Source: Octopus vulgaris (lineage: Eukaryota). From it: a stretch of 64,000 nt of DNA. The notes beneath the pieces are model-generated. The model did not search any database and had not been told where the DNA came from. It was given only the letters and a program-made list of their open reading frames with translations. The stretch covers positions 8,060,001 to 8,124,000 of the forward strand of contig OX597825.1 of NCBI GenBank assembly GCA_951406725.2, given 5' to 3'. Below, piece by piece: positions 44,901-58,757 of the stretch; within the stretch, counting starts at the first letter, position 1, and each line of letters starts with the position of its first letter. The translations under genes and the position numbers were made by a program.

Positions 44901-47900
44901 ACGTGCTATAGTATCGAAACTGGAAAATTTTATCAAGACATCACACAATATACAATCTATATATTAGGACGCAATTTTATTTTGTCATCACTTTTTTAAG
45001 CGTTTCCTGTTTACCATATTCTTCAATTTTATACCTACATTTTCACCCCCCCCCCCTTCATTTAACATCTAAACTTCATTTGTTTTACTTATAATCTAGA
45101 CCTAATTAAAGATGAAATATACCTACATACTTGTGGTACCTTAAAATATAAATGTTATATTTCTATAGTTATAAAAAATCATGGTTCATCTTATCCTCGT
45201 ACCAAACATTTTAGATTTAAAAACCTTGTACTTTTCGTCGTTTTATTTTTACTGACACGCGATTATTCTAATATTTCTCTCTCCTGTTCTTCATCATTTG
45301 ATTCTTTATATTTCTACCCTGCTTCCTACCCGTTTGATGCTTCTACGATACGCTACATACTTGGCTGATTCTACTCTCAATTAGGCTGGAAAGCGTCTTC
45401 TGTCACTCGCTTGGGAATTGAATCTATAATTCTTACTTTCATTCTTTTGATGAACTCAGCTGGATACTTTTCCTTTCTGGTTTATGACCTGTCACGACTA
45501 GCCCCTTTCTTTCAAACTGATTACAGCCCTTCCATTTCTCATCTCCTTCTCTTTTATTTTTTCTTCATTCTTCTTTATCCATTTTTCTCTTTCACTTTTC
45601 TTCAAATCACTCTACACTTCACGACCTTTCTTAAAATGGCTATATATACCGCATACCACTCATCCCATTTCCCACTGGTTTTTTGATTGACATTTCCATA
45701 CTGTTAAGTACCAGCCTGCTGCTAAAGGAATTGCATTCTGTCACAATTTTATTCCGAAAAGAGACATTCTTCTAATATTATGGCTTGAATTTGTAGATTT
45801 CGACTTTAGGATTTCAAACTTTAAAAACAAATCTTTGTTGTGCTTCATTACATCAATGCATCCCTGTTTATATAATACACCTTATTGCTTCAACCAGTCG
45901 CTGAAATTTTGAAACAGGTGTAAAGTATTATCGACTTTTCATTCGTTCTTACATGGCTACGTCTGTATGAATTCGGTTGTAAGCAAAAAAATTGATAAAA
46001 TGCCATATTTACGAATTTTATCTCTTTTATCTATCATTTACCTTTTTATCAAACGTGTGAGCTCCACAGTTCAAATTAGCTTCTCTTTTACTGTGGTATA
46101 ATTTTTACTCGGATTAGGACGGTGGATTTCAAGAGTTTAAGATTTTCCTTAGTTCTAGTCTGGCGTTGATCTATGTTACGCTTAAACTGCTGTCTTGTAA
46201 CTCATTGACGAAATCTATTTGTATGTGTCTTAATTTAAATTTGTGTGTATATGTATATACATATATATGTATAAATCACGCAATCAAACATATAAACATA
46301 TGTATACATATATTTATTGCTTATACATTGCTTATACATATGTATAAACAATTTTTGTATGCTTATACGAAAGTTCTTTGAATGCACATGTCATAATAGT
46401 AACCTTGAATTTTCAATCAGTATCTGGTTGGGTGGTATTTAGGATGGTTGACCAAACTACCTGACCACTTAATGTCTTCATGTGCCGATAACGGAGAACA
46501 AAGCTGTCCAAGGATCTCCCAAATACAACCGCCAAGAACTGACTTATTTCGTAGCAGAAGTAGAAATGCAACCGATATTTTAAACAAAAGATTCCCATGA
46601 ATACACATTTTACTCACCCACATTGACTACCACAAAAAAACGTTTCCCTAAACGTCCAGATCTTAGCGAGACGACTACCACTGTCATTGTGAAAGCCGTT
46701 CGTAGAAAATGATTCGGATTGCATTTGTACTTATTTTAACCCTCTGTTTTCTGAGAGTCCGTCTAAGCGCAACTTCCCGAAACAAACAATTTCTCTGTGG
46801 AAACACAGTTCGATCTATGACAAAAAAATATGCCTGTGTGCATATGTATTGTACTAGCTAAATACATGATATATGTAGATATCACTATATCGGTAATACA
46901 AACGGAAACTCCGGCTCCAGATTAAGAAAAACATACAGACACACACTTTCTAAGTTAAAAATATCATCTGAAGAAATCCTGCCACCGTATAATGAGGAAT
47001 TTTGCTAATTCATTAATCAAGAAAGCTATTCTAATTGTAAGGCAAAATCCAGAAATCAAAAACAGACCGGATTAAACGACACACACTCTCTTTTCTACAA
47101 ACCGATGCGCACTTATATTTCACCCACACTTGCTCAACTTGGTAATCTAATATCTAACACACAATCTTCCCATTACTAAAACATGATTTATCACAATAAA
47201 GAGCTTCATATAACCTATGCTATTTAAATATGGAGATTACCAAAATAACTTAGCTATTACACTTTAGCTTTTTTCAATATCTTTTTCCACAATTCCTTCA
47301 TACACTCGCAATAAATTGCCATTTCTGTAGCTGATATTGCTACATCACATTATTTTCTGCAACCTGTTTGAACCAACCACAATAATAAATACGGTAATTC
47401 GTCAATGATTTTAACACAACATACTAGAAACATCTGCAGTTTGCAACGCATGCAAAGTATTTTCTCGTTGATTTCATTTGATATCACCTTTTATACTTTT
47501 GCCTAACATCTAACCTGCGGTGCTCAAAGGTTTTTGTCGAAAATATTCTTACTTTCGAATATTGCAATACTTCGAGCAGTATACACTTCTCTGCAGCCAG
47601 TGATAACAGTAATATCATTTAATGATTTCTATTCACACGCTAGCGAGAAGTCAGTAGCTAGGTTGGACTAGCATACTGGCACCATTCCTTTTGCTAATTG
47701 TGGAGCGGATTACTATTGTTTTTACATATTTTATCACCAAACACATATATTTTAATCGGAAACATTGAAATTAAAACTGATTACCGTTTCCATATGCGAT
47801 TCGTCTTCGACAGAACAGGTTTTCGGTTAAAATAACGTCATGTTGTCATGAGATTTCTTGTCGCTTCATGAATACTATATATTATGATCCAATCTACATA

Positions 47901-48744
47901 TAGATGACGTGTCTTCTCTCTTCTTGTACATATATCAAAGTTAGCTATTTTATTACGAGGAGTAACTGACTCTAAGTGTTCCCATATCTCCGACAACATT
48001 TAAAAAATCTCTGTGGTAGAAAAAAATTGCCATCGTCAAAACAGAAGGCAATGGCATTTTGTCATCTAACTCTTCTGATGTTCCGAAAGTAAAAGTCTTC
48101 CTGTAGCTGCAATTGATGCAGATGTTTTGTCATTTTGTTCAAATGATCAGTGTCTATTTTGTTCATTTTCTAAATTGTTGGTTCCCTCTTTCTCTCACTT
48201 CCTCTGTGATTCCAGCCGCGGGCGAAACAATCTCAATTTTCTTTCGTCCAGGAAATGAGAACGTAAAAATATATTTCCGACGTCTCCAGATTGGCCTGAT
48301 GTTTTCTTGTGATATTCCTTCTCTCAAATGTTCTTCGCAGAATATATTTCAACAAGTTAAACAACTGAATGTGCAGCTGCTAATCTTTCCGCCCTAGACG
48401 TGATTAGTATACAGCACGTTAATCCGGAAACATCTCTGAGATTATTTTGCGGTCAGTGATCCCGAATCAGGAGTCAGCATCATTACTGATGTCACAAATA
48501 GGCGCCTTCGAGATGTTTCCATCCTATATTTTGATGGACCAATTAGAGAGCGAGCATGTATTTCTATTAGTAAGTGGGTTTCCGATTTTTCTCCTTCTTC
48601 AGTTGGTGTGTAAGATCAATATTATACCATATCCTCGGAATCTACCAAAGATTTTCGGTCATTTTGTTCATGCGGGCAATCTTAATTTGCTTTTTGAAGA
48701 ACATAATTAAAGTCACTCCATATCGGAACTTACAAATACACTTT

Positions 48745-48938
48745 TTTTTTTTACTTGTTTCAGTCATTTGACTGCGGCCATGCTGGAGCACCGCCTTTAG
48801 TCGAGCAAATCGATCCCGGGACTTATTCTTTGTAAGCCCAGTACTTATTCTATCGGTCTCTTTTGCCGAAACGCTAAGTGACGGGGACGTAAACACACCA
48901 GCATCGGTTGTCAAGTGATGCTAGGGGGACAAACACAC
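48745..48938 (-). mobile_element. SINE family A, 3' half only
   Basis: Near-identical to the 3' half of 25393-25792. Confidence 0.9.
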
Positions 48939-49357
48939 TATTCATCATTCCTATTTTAATCTTCAGAAATAGGACGTTTCAGAGAAGCGCTGAATTTATT
49001 CCCTTAAGAACACTATGCTTTCATAGTTCTTTGATACAATTTGTAGTAAAGTAATTTTGCAAAATGTCTGGGTGCATCAGACCTGTTTGCCTATCGTGCA
49101 CATTCGCTTACCTTATTCCGTGTCTTCTCTTACCTTATTTTGCACCGTGAACCCTCCATCAAATCGACATCGTACGTCGATTTGATGAAGGGAGTGAGAC
49201 AATGTACAGCACATGAATTTCATCTCTATAAACTTCACTTGTGCTGGTCGTTCTAGACGATTCCATTACTCATATGTCACTGACGGAAGATACCACTATG
49301 TATATATATGTGCGCTCGCGCGTGTGTGAGTGTGATGATATGTAGACTTGTATTAAA

Positions 49358-49588
49358 GGCGGCGAGCTGGCAGAAACGTTAGCACGCCGGGCGAAATGCG
49401 TAGTCGTATTTCATCAGCCGTTACATTCTGAGTTCAAATTCCGCAGAGGTCGACTTTGACTTTCATCCTTTCGGGGTCGGTAAATTAAGTACCAGTTACG
49501 CACTGGAGTCAATGTAATCGACGTAATCCGTTAGTCTGTCATTTTTTGTCCCTTTTGTGTTTAGCCCCTTGTGGGCAATAAAGAAACA
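49358..49588 (+). mobile_element. SINE family B (tRNA head plus Nin/Deu-like domain)
   Basis: GGCGGCGAGCTGGCAGAAACGTTAGC head, GAGTTCAAATTCC B box, and CTTTCATCCTTTCGGGGTCGGTAAATTAAGTACCAG. Confidence 0.9.
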
Positions 49589-49789
49589 GATATGTATACT
49601 TGTATATACATATGTGTGTGTGTTTATATATAGGTACACACGGACATATATGTATCTATCTATATAACTTTATGTGTATATGCATGTGTGTATGTATGTA
49701 TGTTTTTATGTATGCATGTATGTATGTAAATTACTTTGAGACAGCGGCATGGGTTACACAAGCGGCTGGCACTAAGTAATCTCATGCAT

Positions 49790-50400
49790 GAATATAATTA
49801 GTGAAGTATGTCTTCTAATTAGGAGACTGGGTAACCTTGTTAATGAATGTGTTAATAGAGTCCGTTTAGTCCTGAATTGACTTCTTTTTGATGTTTCCGT
49901 TGAGCCGTGTTTGGTAGTTCGATAATACCTTCATTGCACATTATATTTATTTCCGATCGAATGAACCTGTCACCAGATGATTTATATTTACAGGATTTCT
50001 GAATTACAAGCCTAATAGCAGGTAATAAATTACAAAATTGCCAGAGCTGATCAATTTTGAGTGATTCCATAATGTGTAAAGAAGCGAGTCTGAACACTGA
50101 TATTATAAGTTTCATATTTGTCCAGGAAAGATACAAAACAACGGCCATGTAACAACGAGTTTGTGTGGAGAAACGTGAGGAAATATTTGATTCTCTAGTT
50201 TGTGGTTATCGTGTAGTCCCGGATCAAAATATTTTTGACTGGTTAGGATAATAGGGGCATTGATAATATAGTGCCATGATACTTATAAGGTAAACTTTAC
50301 GTCCAAGAGAAACACAGATGAAATATTCGATAATTCTGATATCGAGCGGCTTGTTCCGAGTTCTGCTAATGTCAAATTCGATAATAGTATGTTAATTGAT
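49790..50400 (-). mobile_element. Degenerate Ty3/gypsy pol remnant (protease-RT junction)
   Basis: KSCKYKSSGDRFIRSEINIMCNEGIIE resembles gypsy KSRRY..D..FI..E...L..GIIEPS. Downstream YPVS*LEDIL resembles YPLP.IED.L. Confidence 0.6.
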
Positions 50401-50660
50401 GGCTATGGTTGGTGCAAACCTGTCGAAGGCAATGTTAGGCAAACTATTTCGATTGAGCTCGAGAAGATGCAGCTGTAATATTTGTCACGTTTGTGTCCCT
50501 TGAAAATTAAGCGAAGAGTAATACACCATTCTCTATTTGGCAGCAGTCACGTAAATTCGAGAAATTTCAATAACACATGAAGTTGGTGCACACGTACACA
50601 CGCACGCTAACACACACATACGCACAAATGTATACACACACGCACACACACACACACACA

Positions 50661-50735
<75 letters not shown>

Positions 50736-51675
50736 GGCTTCTGATTTTTCTCAAAGTAACGGAATTTGCAAAGAGTATCAGATAAATTCTAGTTTCCTCG
50801 TAAATAGCTCTACGCTAGCAAAGGCGAAATCCATTGCTCAGAGGCACACGTGACGCAGAAAATGTGTGCATATCAGGTCATATTTTATGCGTTCAACGGC
50901 TGGTGGCTACTTTTGTAAATTAAATAGAATGTGATCAACTTAGGATGAAAGTTAATTTTTATCTGGCATTAATTTACTAAAAGCTGAAAAGGCTTCTGAA
51001 AGAAGATCTTGCGTTTTAGTTGGTTTCGTTCAGTACGATACCAACAGTAGCAGACAGTAATTGTTGCATCTCGAGTAAAGTTAGACATTTCTTTTAATAT
51101 TACAGTATTATTTCTTTTTTACTGGCAATTATTAAATATATTACTTTATCGAGGTTAGGTTACTTTGGGAGAGTTAAGTAATTACTATGTTACCTATAAA
51201 TGCAAGTTATACAATACAACTGCATATCAGTTATTGGCCATAGACGTGTTTTGTTTTTACGGTTGACCGACTTTCGGTGAATGAAATGGTCCCGGTGTTG
51301 AACGTTGAGAGCTGATAAAAGGCCTCATTTCTATAACAATCATAAAAAGAAAACCAAGAAACATTCTGGATCCGTTGTAATAGGATTCGCTTGTCTGTTG
51401 ATAACTAAGAAAGATGAATAAGAAAGATTTTATTAACACTCGATAATTTTAAACTACAGAACATCGAATATAATAGAAACTGTATAAGTAATCGTTTATA
51501 TTCTCAGAGAGTTGCTATGGCAAACTCTACATAATTTCTATAACAGAGTAGAGCTCAGTATTGACTTATAAAGCGTTTAATATACTTTGTTGCATATTAG
51601 GTTTGCATAACGAAATACGGTGTCCCTATAACTTCTCATAGTCAAACACTAGTCAATACCTACATATATAAGAGT

Positions 51676-51845
51676 GGCAGGAGTGGATGTGTGGTAAGTA
51701 GCTTGCTACCCAACCACATGGTTTTGGGTTCAGTCCCGCTGCGTGGCATCTTGGGCAAGTGTCTTCTGCTAGAAGCCCCGGGCCAACCAATGCCTTGTGA
51801 GTCGATTTGGTAGACGGAAACTGAAAGAAGCCTGTCGTATATATG

Positions 51846-51908
<63 letters not shown>

Positions 51909-52337
51909 GGGAATGTTTACGAAAATAAACAAAAGACGAAGGCAGGTGGAGTACAAACAAATAACGTATTAGTATGGCGCTCAGGAATAGAAATAAAACA
52001 AGTCTTTTACGTTTTGAGCCTACGCTCTTCGACAGAAAGATACACAGTAAAGAAACAAGGAGAGAATGAAGGAGAGAAAAAATTGCGTGTAGGGGCTAAC
52101 AATCCAAAATATATATATATATGTGTGTGTGTGTCTTTGTCTGTTTGTGTTTGTCCCCCTAGCATTGCTTGACAACCGATGGTGGTGTGTTTACGTCCCC
52201 GTCACCTAGCGGTTCAGCAAAAGAGACCGATAGAATAAGTACTGGGCTTACAAAGAATAAGTCACGGGGTCGATTTGCTCGACTAAAGGTGGTGCTCCAG
52301 CATGGCCGCAGTCACATGACTGCAACAAGTAAAAAAA
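51676..52337 (+). mobile_element. SINE family A with a nested element in its internal (TA)n
   Basis: 5' half at 51676-51837 and 3' half at about 52125-52337. Confidence 0.9.
51907..52110 (-). mobile_element. About 200-bp (TA)n-inserted element with hammerhead-like core, copy B
   Basis: Homologous to 53011-53165 and 60558-60747. Minus strand reads TCTTT-CTGTCGAA-GAGC-GTAG-GCTC-AAAA-CGTA-AAAGA. Confidence 0.8.
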
Positions 52338-52374
52338 ATATGTATATATGTATATACATATATATATATATATG

Positions 52375-52443
<69 letters not shown>

Positions 52444-52446
52444 ATA

Positions 52447-52604
52447 ATTATATAAAGGGTTTGGCTATAAGCTTCTCCAAGTGCTAGTAAAATAGACGCC
52501 AAAAGACGCTATTACCAGCATAAAATTTTAAGGTAGTAATAACGTCTTTCCGCGTCTATTTTTCCAGCGCGTTGAGAGGCTTATAGCCAATCCCTTGTTA
52601 TAAT
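52447..52604. mobile_element. Foldback/MITE-like inverted repeat
   Basis: Arms AAGGGTTTGGCTATAAGC..AAAATAGACGCCAAAAGACGCTATTAC and GTAATAACGTCTTTCCGCGTCTATTTT..GCTTATAGCCAATCCCTT. Confidence 0.75.
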
Positions 52605-52806
52605 CATGGATATAATTATTAAAATATTTGTAAAATTTGCCTGTAAGTTTTTATTCCTGCGCTGCCCCGCTGGTAAAATCATTAATTAGTTTTACCTTTT
52701 ACAATAATATATATACAGTATAGGACAATCAGTAAGTTGTCATAATATAACTCAGTGTTCCAAATGCCCAGAAACTCTGAATTCTATGACAACTTACGGA
52801 TTATCC

Positions 52807-52846
<40 letters not shown>

Positions 52847-52949
52847 CACTCAATTTTTCTGCTATAGAAAGGACACTGCCAATAGATGTTTATATACATT
52901 TGAATATTCACACGCATAAAGTATATATGAAACAAGTAAATATGTTAAT

Positions 52950-52980
<31 letters not shown>

Positions 52981-53010
52981 GCATACACATACACACACAT
53001 ATTCATATAT

Positions 53011-53165
53011 AGTGGAAATTTACAGAAAAACAAAAGACGAAGGCAGGTGTATAAACAACAAGCAGGTATATTAGTTTAACGCTCGGGAAGGTGAGAAAGT
53101 GTTTCACGTTTAGAGCCTACGCTCTTCAACAGAAAGGGACACGAGGAAATAAACACAGAGAGAAT
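53011..53165 (-). mobile_element. About 200-bp hammerhead-like element, copy C (partial)
   Basis: Minus strand reads CTTT-CTGTTGAA-GAGC-GTAG-GCTC-TAAA-CGTG-AAAC. Confidence 0.8.
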
Positions 53166-55021
53166 ACTTAGATATACACATTCGTATATATTTAGGTGGA
53201 AAACTAGCTCCTTCACTTCGGCTATTATGTCAGGTTTTGTTGTGTGGTTGGTTTCATTGTATGGTTTGTTGACTGTGTTGTTTTATCGATTCTCTGACGA
53301 TGTTGAAACTCAGCTAAACTTTATAGTACTATATTATTCTCCAATACAATTATTATCAGACATCTCACATATTTCTGTATAAAATTCGTCAGTCAAAAGG
53401 AATAGATACAACTTGAAAAAGTTCAACTGAATTTTTTGAAAGAATTTTATTTTCTGTTTTTCCAATTCCACGATGTTTCTTTGAGATAAATTACTTTCGC
53501 AAAGTTTTGATGAGAGCAGGGAACAAAACTCAAAGATTCTTGAATAAAACTGAAATATATCGCTGAAAAACTGTATAAAAATACAATACATTCATTACCT
53601 GTTGTCACTGGGAAGAATCATTTGGGAGGTATCTGCCGTGAAAATGGTAATGAAATAGCTCAAAGATTAAGAATGCAGTTGGATAATGAAAATAAAAGAA
53701 GACAAAAATATCTACGCCACAGAATCAGACATTTAAATACCATAATAAGGTGGAAGAGGAATATTTTAACTGCACAATTTCAGCATCTCATGGATAAATT
53801 ATCGAAAATGTACAGAACATTCTATACTACAAGATGCTAAGAAAAAGCCATAAGCATCATAAGCACCAACCGTAGAATGAAATAGAACGTCACGAGGAAA
53901 ACATCTTTGAATGTGCAAGCGTTAATTACGTGTTTGCTTCTAATTTGCAAGATTGATTAAAGTGGACAAAGAAAGACTATGGCATAATAAAATAAATATC
54001 CGAGGAATATCTTAAGGTAATATCACCGAAGATCTAGGAGGAAAGAAAATAAATATTTTACTCAAAAGTTGTCAGTACTTGTTAGTGAGTATTGTTTCAT
54101 TAGAGTAAGGTACATGATTCCATTTTCTGTTCGTGTGGTTGAAGTCATTGCAGTATGCTAAAGTACCCCCTGCATTAACTGAAGGGATCACAAACACCTG
54201 TTCAACAATACCCATACATGTAACTTGTAGCGATACATTTGATACTGATGTTATAAATGTTTCAAAAGAAATCTTCTAAGAAATGTATTCTTTGACAATA
54301 ATCAATTTCCATTTCTTTGGCAAAAAGAAAAACAAAGAAAACTCGTTGTGTGATGTGTTCTATAGGATCAAGAGAGAGCAATCTAATTCTTTGGCACAAA
54401 GAAATCGTCATATTTAGTCCATTGGTGAAATCAAACTTCTTCCCACCAAACGCCGAAGCCATTGCGTACATGATGATGCTGTTGCTGTTTCCATAATTTC
54501 ACGCTATGAATGCAACAAATAACAAGGCGTTGATGAAAATCAATCATAATAAAAATGTTGCAAACAAAGACAAGTTGACCGAAATATGGTAGGCCAGTCT
54601 TGAGTGTGAGTTGAGGGTTTTTCTCTTACATGAATGGACTATTCTACTATGCATTTGGGGTACACGTATTCATAGCAATATCTATGAAACCCGATCTGTG
54701 TGTACGGCAAATTAGCACCATGTATATAAAAACTTCCATGATCCAAGTAAAAACTGCCAACTTTCACACAAACAGTTATATTGACAGGAACTCTCTCAGT
54801 CATTCTCGAAACAGCCTTCTCTCTCTCTTTCCCTGAAAAGAGGAAAAAGTTTAAGATATATTTGGTATCATTCAGATAGCATATACCAAACAACGACGAC
54901 GGAAAAATAAGAAAATCACCAAGATGTCAACATGAAGGCAGCAGCATTCTAAGGTTTGTTTTGAACTTAACCCATTAAGTCCCAGAGTACTTAAATTTCT
55001 GAATATTACTTTTAATTGTTT

Positions 55022-55970
55022 ACAGGTGATTGAAAGTAGGTTAAAATAAGTCTGGTGAGTATGGTCGATGAGCAGGGTTTTGTAGCCCGATTCGTTTCAA
55101 CTTCTGCAGGGTCAGTTCTGCAACGTGCGGCCTAGCGTTGACGTGGAGAAGAATTGGCCCTTTTCTATTGACCAATGCTGGCTGTTGTTGTCGGAGTTTC
55201 TTATGCATTTTATCCATTTTCTGACAGTACTTCTCCACCGTAATGGTTTCGTCTGGATCCAAAAAGCTGTGATGGATGAGACCGGCCGTAGACCACCAAA
55301 CAGTCACCATAACCTTTATTTTGGTGCAACTTTGGCTTCGGGAGGTGCCGTGGAGCATTGTTGGCGTCCAAACACTGAGCTGAGCGTCGCCAGTTGTCAC
55401 AATCCGGCTGAGAAACGGGTCGTTCTAGTTCAATTCGTGCGGCACCCATTTCTCAAGTATTTTTTGTTTTCCCAATCTCCTTGAACTGGTTGGTATACGT
55501 TACGTCTCGAACAGTTGTGCTCTGGAACAGATGCGCGTGGATTGGCTTCAACTAATGCCCTTAGTTGATCGTTAATAACATCCGATTGTCGACCAATACG
55601 CTTATCATCTTCAAGACTCACGTCACCGCTACGAAAGTTCTTGAACCACCATTGGGCTGCATGTTCATCAGTGGTTCCTGGGCCAAACGCATCGTTGATA
55701 TCGCGAGGTGTTTCAGCAGCTTTTCGGCCTAGCTTGAATTAGAATTAAAAGAATTATGTGAATTTGCTTTTTGTCCATGTTGTATTTAACGTTCCGGAAA
55801 AAAATGGTCTAATTATTCAAAAAGAAAAAGAGTAACATGATTAGATAGAACGAAAATGGGCTTTAAAATGATATGTAAATTATTCAAAGTAATTTAACGA
55901 AAATTAATTTGAAAATACATCATTTAAAACCAAAATTAAAAATTCCGCAAGAACTTTCTTGACAACCTAA
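55022..55970 (-). mobile_element. Mariner transposon (cecropia subfamily, Hsmar1-like), frameshifted, 3' end and right TIR missing
   Basis: TIR TTAGGTTGTCAAGAAAGTTCTTGCGG (55970-55945) next to TA, and ATG at 55778. Peptides: MDKKQI..FKLGRKAAETPRDINDAFGPGT..QWWFKNFRSGDVSLEDDKR, KVMVTVWWSTAGLIH, GPILLHVNARPH, PYSPDL. Confidence 0.93.
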
Positions 55971-56599
55971 TAGTATACAAGCAGTACAGATACTGCCACG
56001 CTTATTGAATGTATTATAACATATTAACAAAAAGATATTTGTTAGAACATTCCCTTGATTATCCATCAAAAGCAAACATAGCAGGGCAGTTGTAGTTCAT
56101 TTTAGGGTCAGAAGTAAAAAGCAAATTTATTTTTAGAAATTCACTGAGATTATAAATTCATATTTGTACCAATAGTTAAATGTTATATTTAGTTATGGTA
56201 GTAAATATTTAAAATCGACTCAAAAATGAGAAATCTAGAAATATGAGATGATTTTGAAGATAAAATCATCAATATTTTTCTTTCCAGCAATAACTTTCAA
56301 TCTCACCCGAGAAATGGAATCTGTAAAAATATTTGATAATTTAGTCAACAAAGCGCACTAATTCAGACACTAGCAATAGAAGCAGAGATACATATTGCAC
56401 CAAACACTCATATAAAAAGGAAAAAAACAAAACAAAATCAAACAAAGAGCAATACCTTTATGAAATATGACATTAGCAATAAAATAAATCGATATAATAA
56501 TAAAAGGATTAAAATTTATTCCAATCATCCGGCGACAAATTTGCAAGGAAATTAAAAACATTTCAAAAGTTTGTAGAAATTGCAATTCAGAGAAAAAAT

Positions 56600-57320
56600 A
56601 TTCAATCAAAACAAATATATTGAATCGCTCGGTGGGGACAAAAGGAATATTCTTCAGCTAAATTTGGGAATAAAACGCTTGAAGGTTTCTTGTGACCTGA
56701 GTTTGAATTTTCCAAATAATCTTATACATAACGAAAAATAAACTAAAAGAATTAGTGAATGGGAGAATATAAAGGAATTTATAAATCATAACGAATTGAC
56801 AATCATAAAATGTGATAAAAGGAATAAAGATATTTTGTTGGATGCTAAAAATATAAAAATACTGTTTTGTCCATACAAGAAGGCAGCAGACAGAAAAAGT
56901 TCAAAAATGACAACCTATAGAAAGTGATGAAATCTCTTACAACTTTGACAGATAAATAATGCGATTAGAAAAATAAATTTGAATGTAAAACTTGGATTCA
57001 TAAAAGCAAAATAATAATTGAAGTATTGAAAATAATCTAAGAAGCAAATTATTATTCTATCACTAATTGATTACAAATTAAGACCAATAATGCCTAATCA
57101 ACAATTTCAAGCACACTGCAAGAGTAATTTATTAGACGGCTTATAGAAACCATTTCTAAAGTGCACTAACTATTTATAAACACTAAAACAACATCCAACG
57201 TCTGTCAATGAACCGAAAATTAATGTAGTTAATTTTCATGTAGTAAATTTGTATATAAATATACGTTCCAACTGTAGAAGAGCGATGCTGAAATTCTGGT
57301 TGGAAAAATTTTGATAGGAA
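56600..57320 (+). mobile_element. Degenerate Penelope-like reverse transcriptase
   Basis: Collinear motifs LTIIKCDKRNKDILLD (like II.PADKG..VV.D), KLRPIM..LLDGL*KPFL (like LRPIVS..LD..L.P) and VVNFHVVNLYINI (like VSFDVVSLYTNI). Confidence 0.7.
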
Positions 57321-57613
57321 TACTCAAAAAATTACAAAATAAGATATATTAATTGGGATATTCTATGTTAGTTGTCTAATTACTACTGACAAAAATCAAA
57401 GTTCAGTGTATGCAAATGTATCTATTTTCTTCTCTATTTTAGATGTATAAATGTATATATCTTAAAATATATCTTAAGATATATAATGTATATATCTTAT
57501 AATTAAATTATAATGATATCATGTATGAGTGTGTGATTGCGTCTGCCTATGTGCATACGTTACTTTTTTGTTATATCTATATACGTATATGTATATATGC
57601 ATATATATATGTG

Positions 57614-57667
<54 letters not shown>

Positions 57668-57689
57668 CATATATATATATATATATATG

Positions 57690-57746
<57 letters not shown>

Positions 57747-57895
57747 TATACATATGTATGTGACTATGTTTCTATATACACAATTCTGTCGAGGTTCTCA
57801 TTGGCTCTCAATATTTCATGGTTGATATAGTCAGTACCAGTTACACATTGGGGGAAGATGTAGCCGACTAATACTCTCCCCTCATATATAAACGC

Positions 57896-58172
57896 AGGCG
57901 TGACTGCGTTATAAGAAGCTTGCTTCCCAACTATATACTTCCGGATTCAGTCCCAGTGCGTGACACCTTAGGCAAATGTCTGCTACTATTGTCTCGGGTA
58001 GACCAAAGCATTGAGTGGATTTGGCAGACGGAAACGGAAGGAATCCTCTTGTATATGTTTGTGTGTCTGTGTTTAACCCCAACAACATCGCTTGACAACC
58101 GATGTTGGTTTGTTTAAGTCCTCGTATCTTAGCGGTTCGGCGAAAGGAATCGATAGAATAACTACTAGGCTT
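57896..58172 (+). mobile_element. Degenerate SINE family A
   Basis: Diverged match; 3' end missing. Confidence 0.75.
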
Positions 58173-58315
58173 ATATATATTTTTATTTATTTATTTATGT
58201 ATTTTAATACAATACTTATTTTCGCACGGGTAACGGGTATATCTTTCTGATGAGTTTTAGTATTGGTTTCCTTATATTAATAATAATAAGGACATATTAT
58301 TAAAAAATATATATG

Positions 58316-58400
<85 letters not shown>

Positions 58401-58424
58401 GTAATATGTGTCAATTATTCGGTA

Positions 58425-58494
58425 GCCATGATACAACTCCGAGTTTCGGAAGCCGCGGTGGAAATCCACGCTGCCATCTCTTCAGTTATCCGGC
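58425..58494 (-). ncRNA. Type I hammerhead ribozyme candidate
   Basis: Minus strand reads GCCGGATAA-CTGAAGA-G(hairpin)C-GAAA-CTCGGAG-TT-GTATCATGGC, with both core boxes and stems I-III present. Confidence 0.6.
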
Positions 58495-58721
58495 ATCGGA
58501 AAAATGCTATGAAAAATGACCGTTATACAAAGGGAAATTATTGAGATTGACCGTTTTGTTGTCTTACTGTTTTTATCAATATATATATACTTTATTTAAC
58601 GTGAAGCTCCGAGTAACAGGTCTCGTTGAATTTCTGGTGCTTTTAAATAAAGCATATTACTCTCCCCCTGGTATTTCAGTACTCTTTTTTTCCACCTTGT
58701 TTCACATTTAGTGTTTATTCT

Positions 58722-58757
<36 letters not shown>

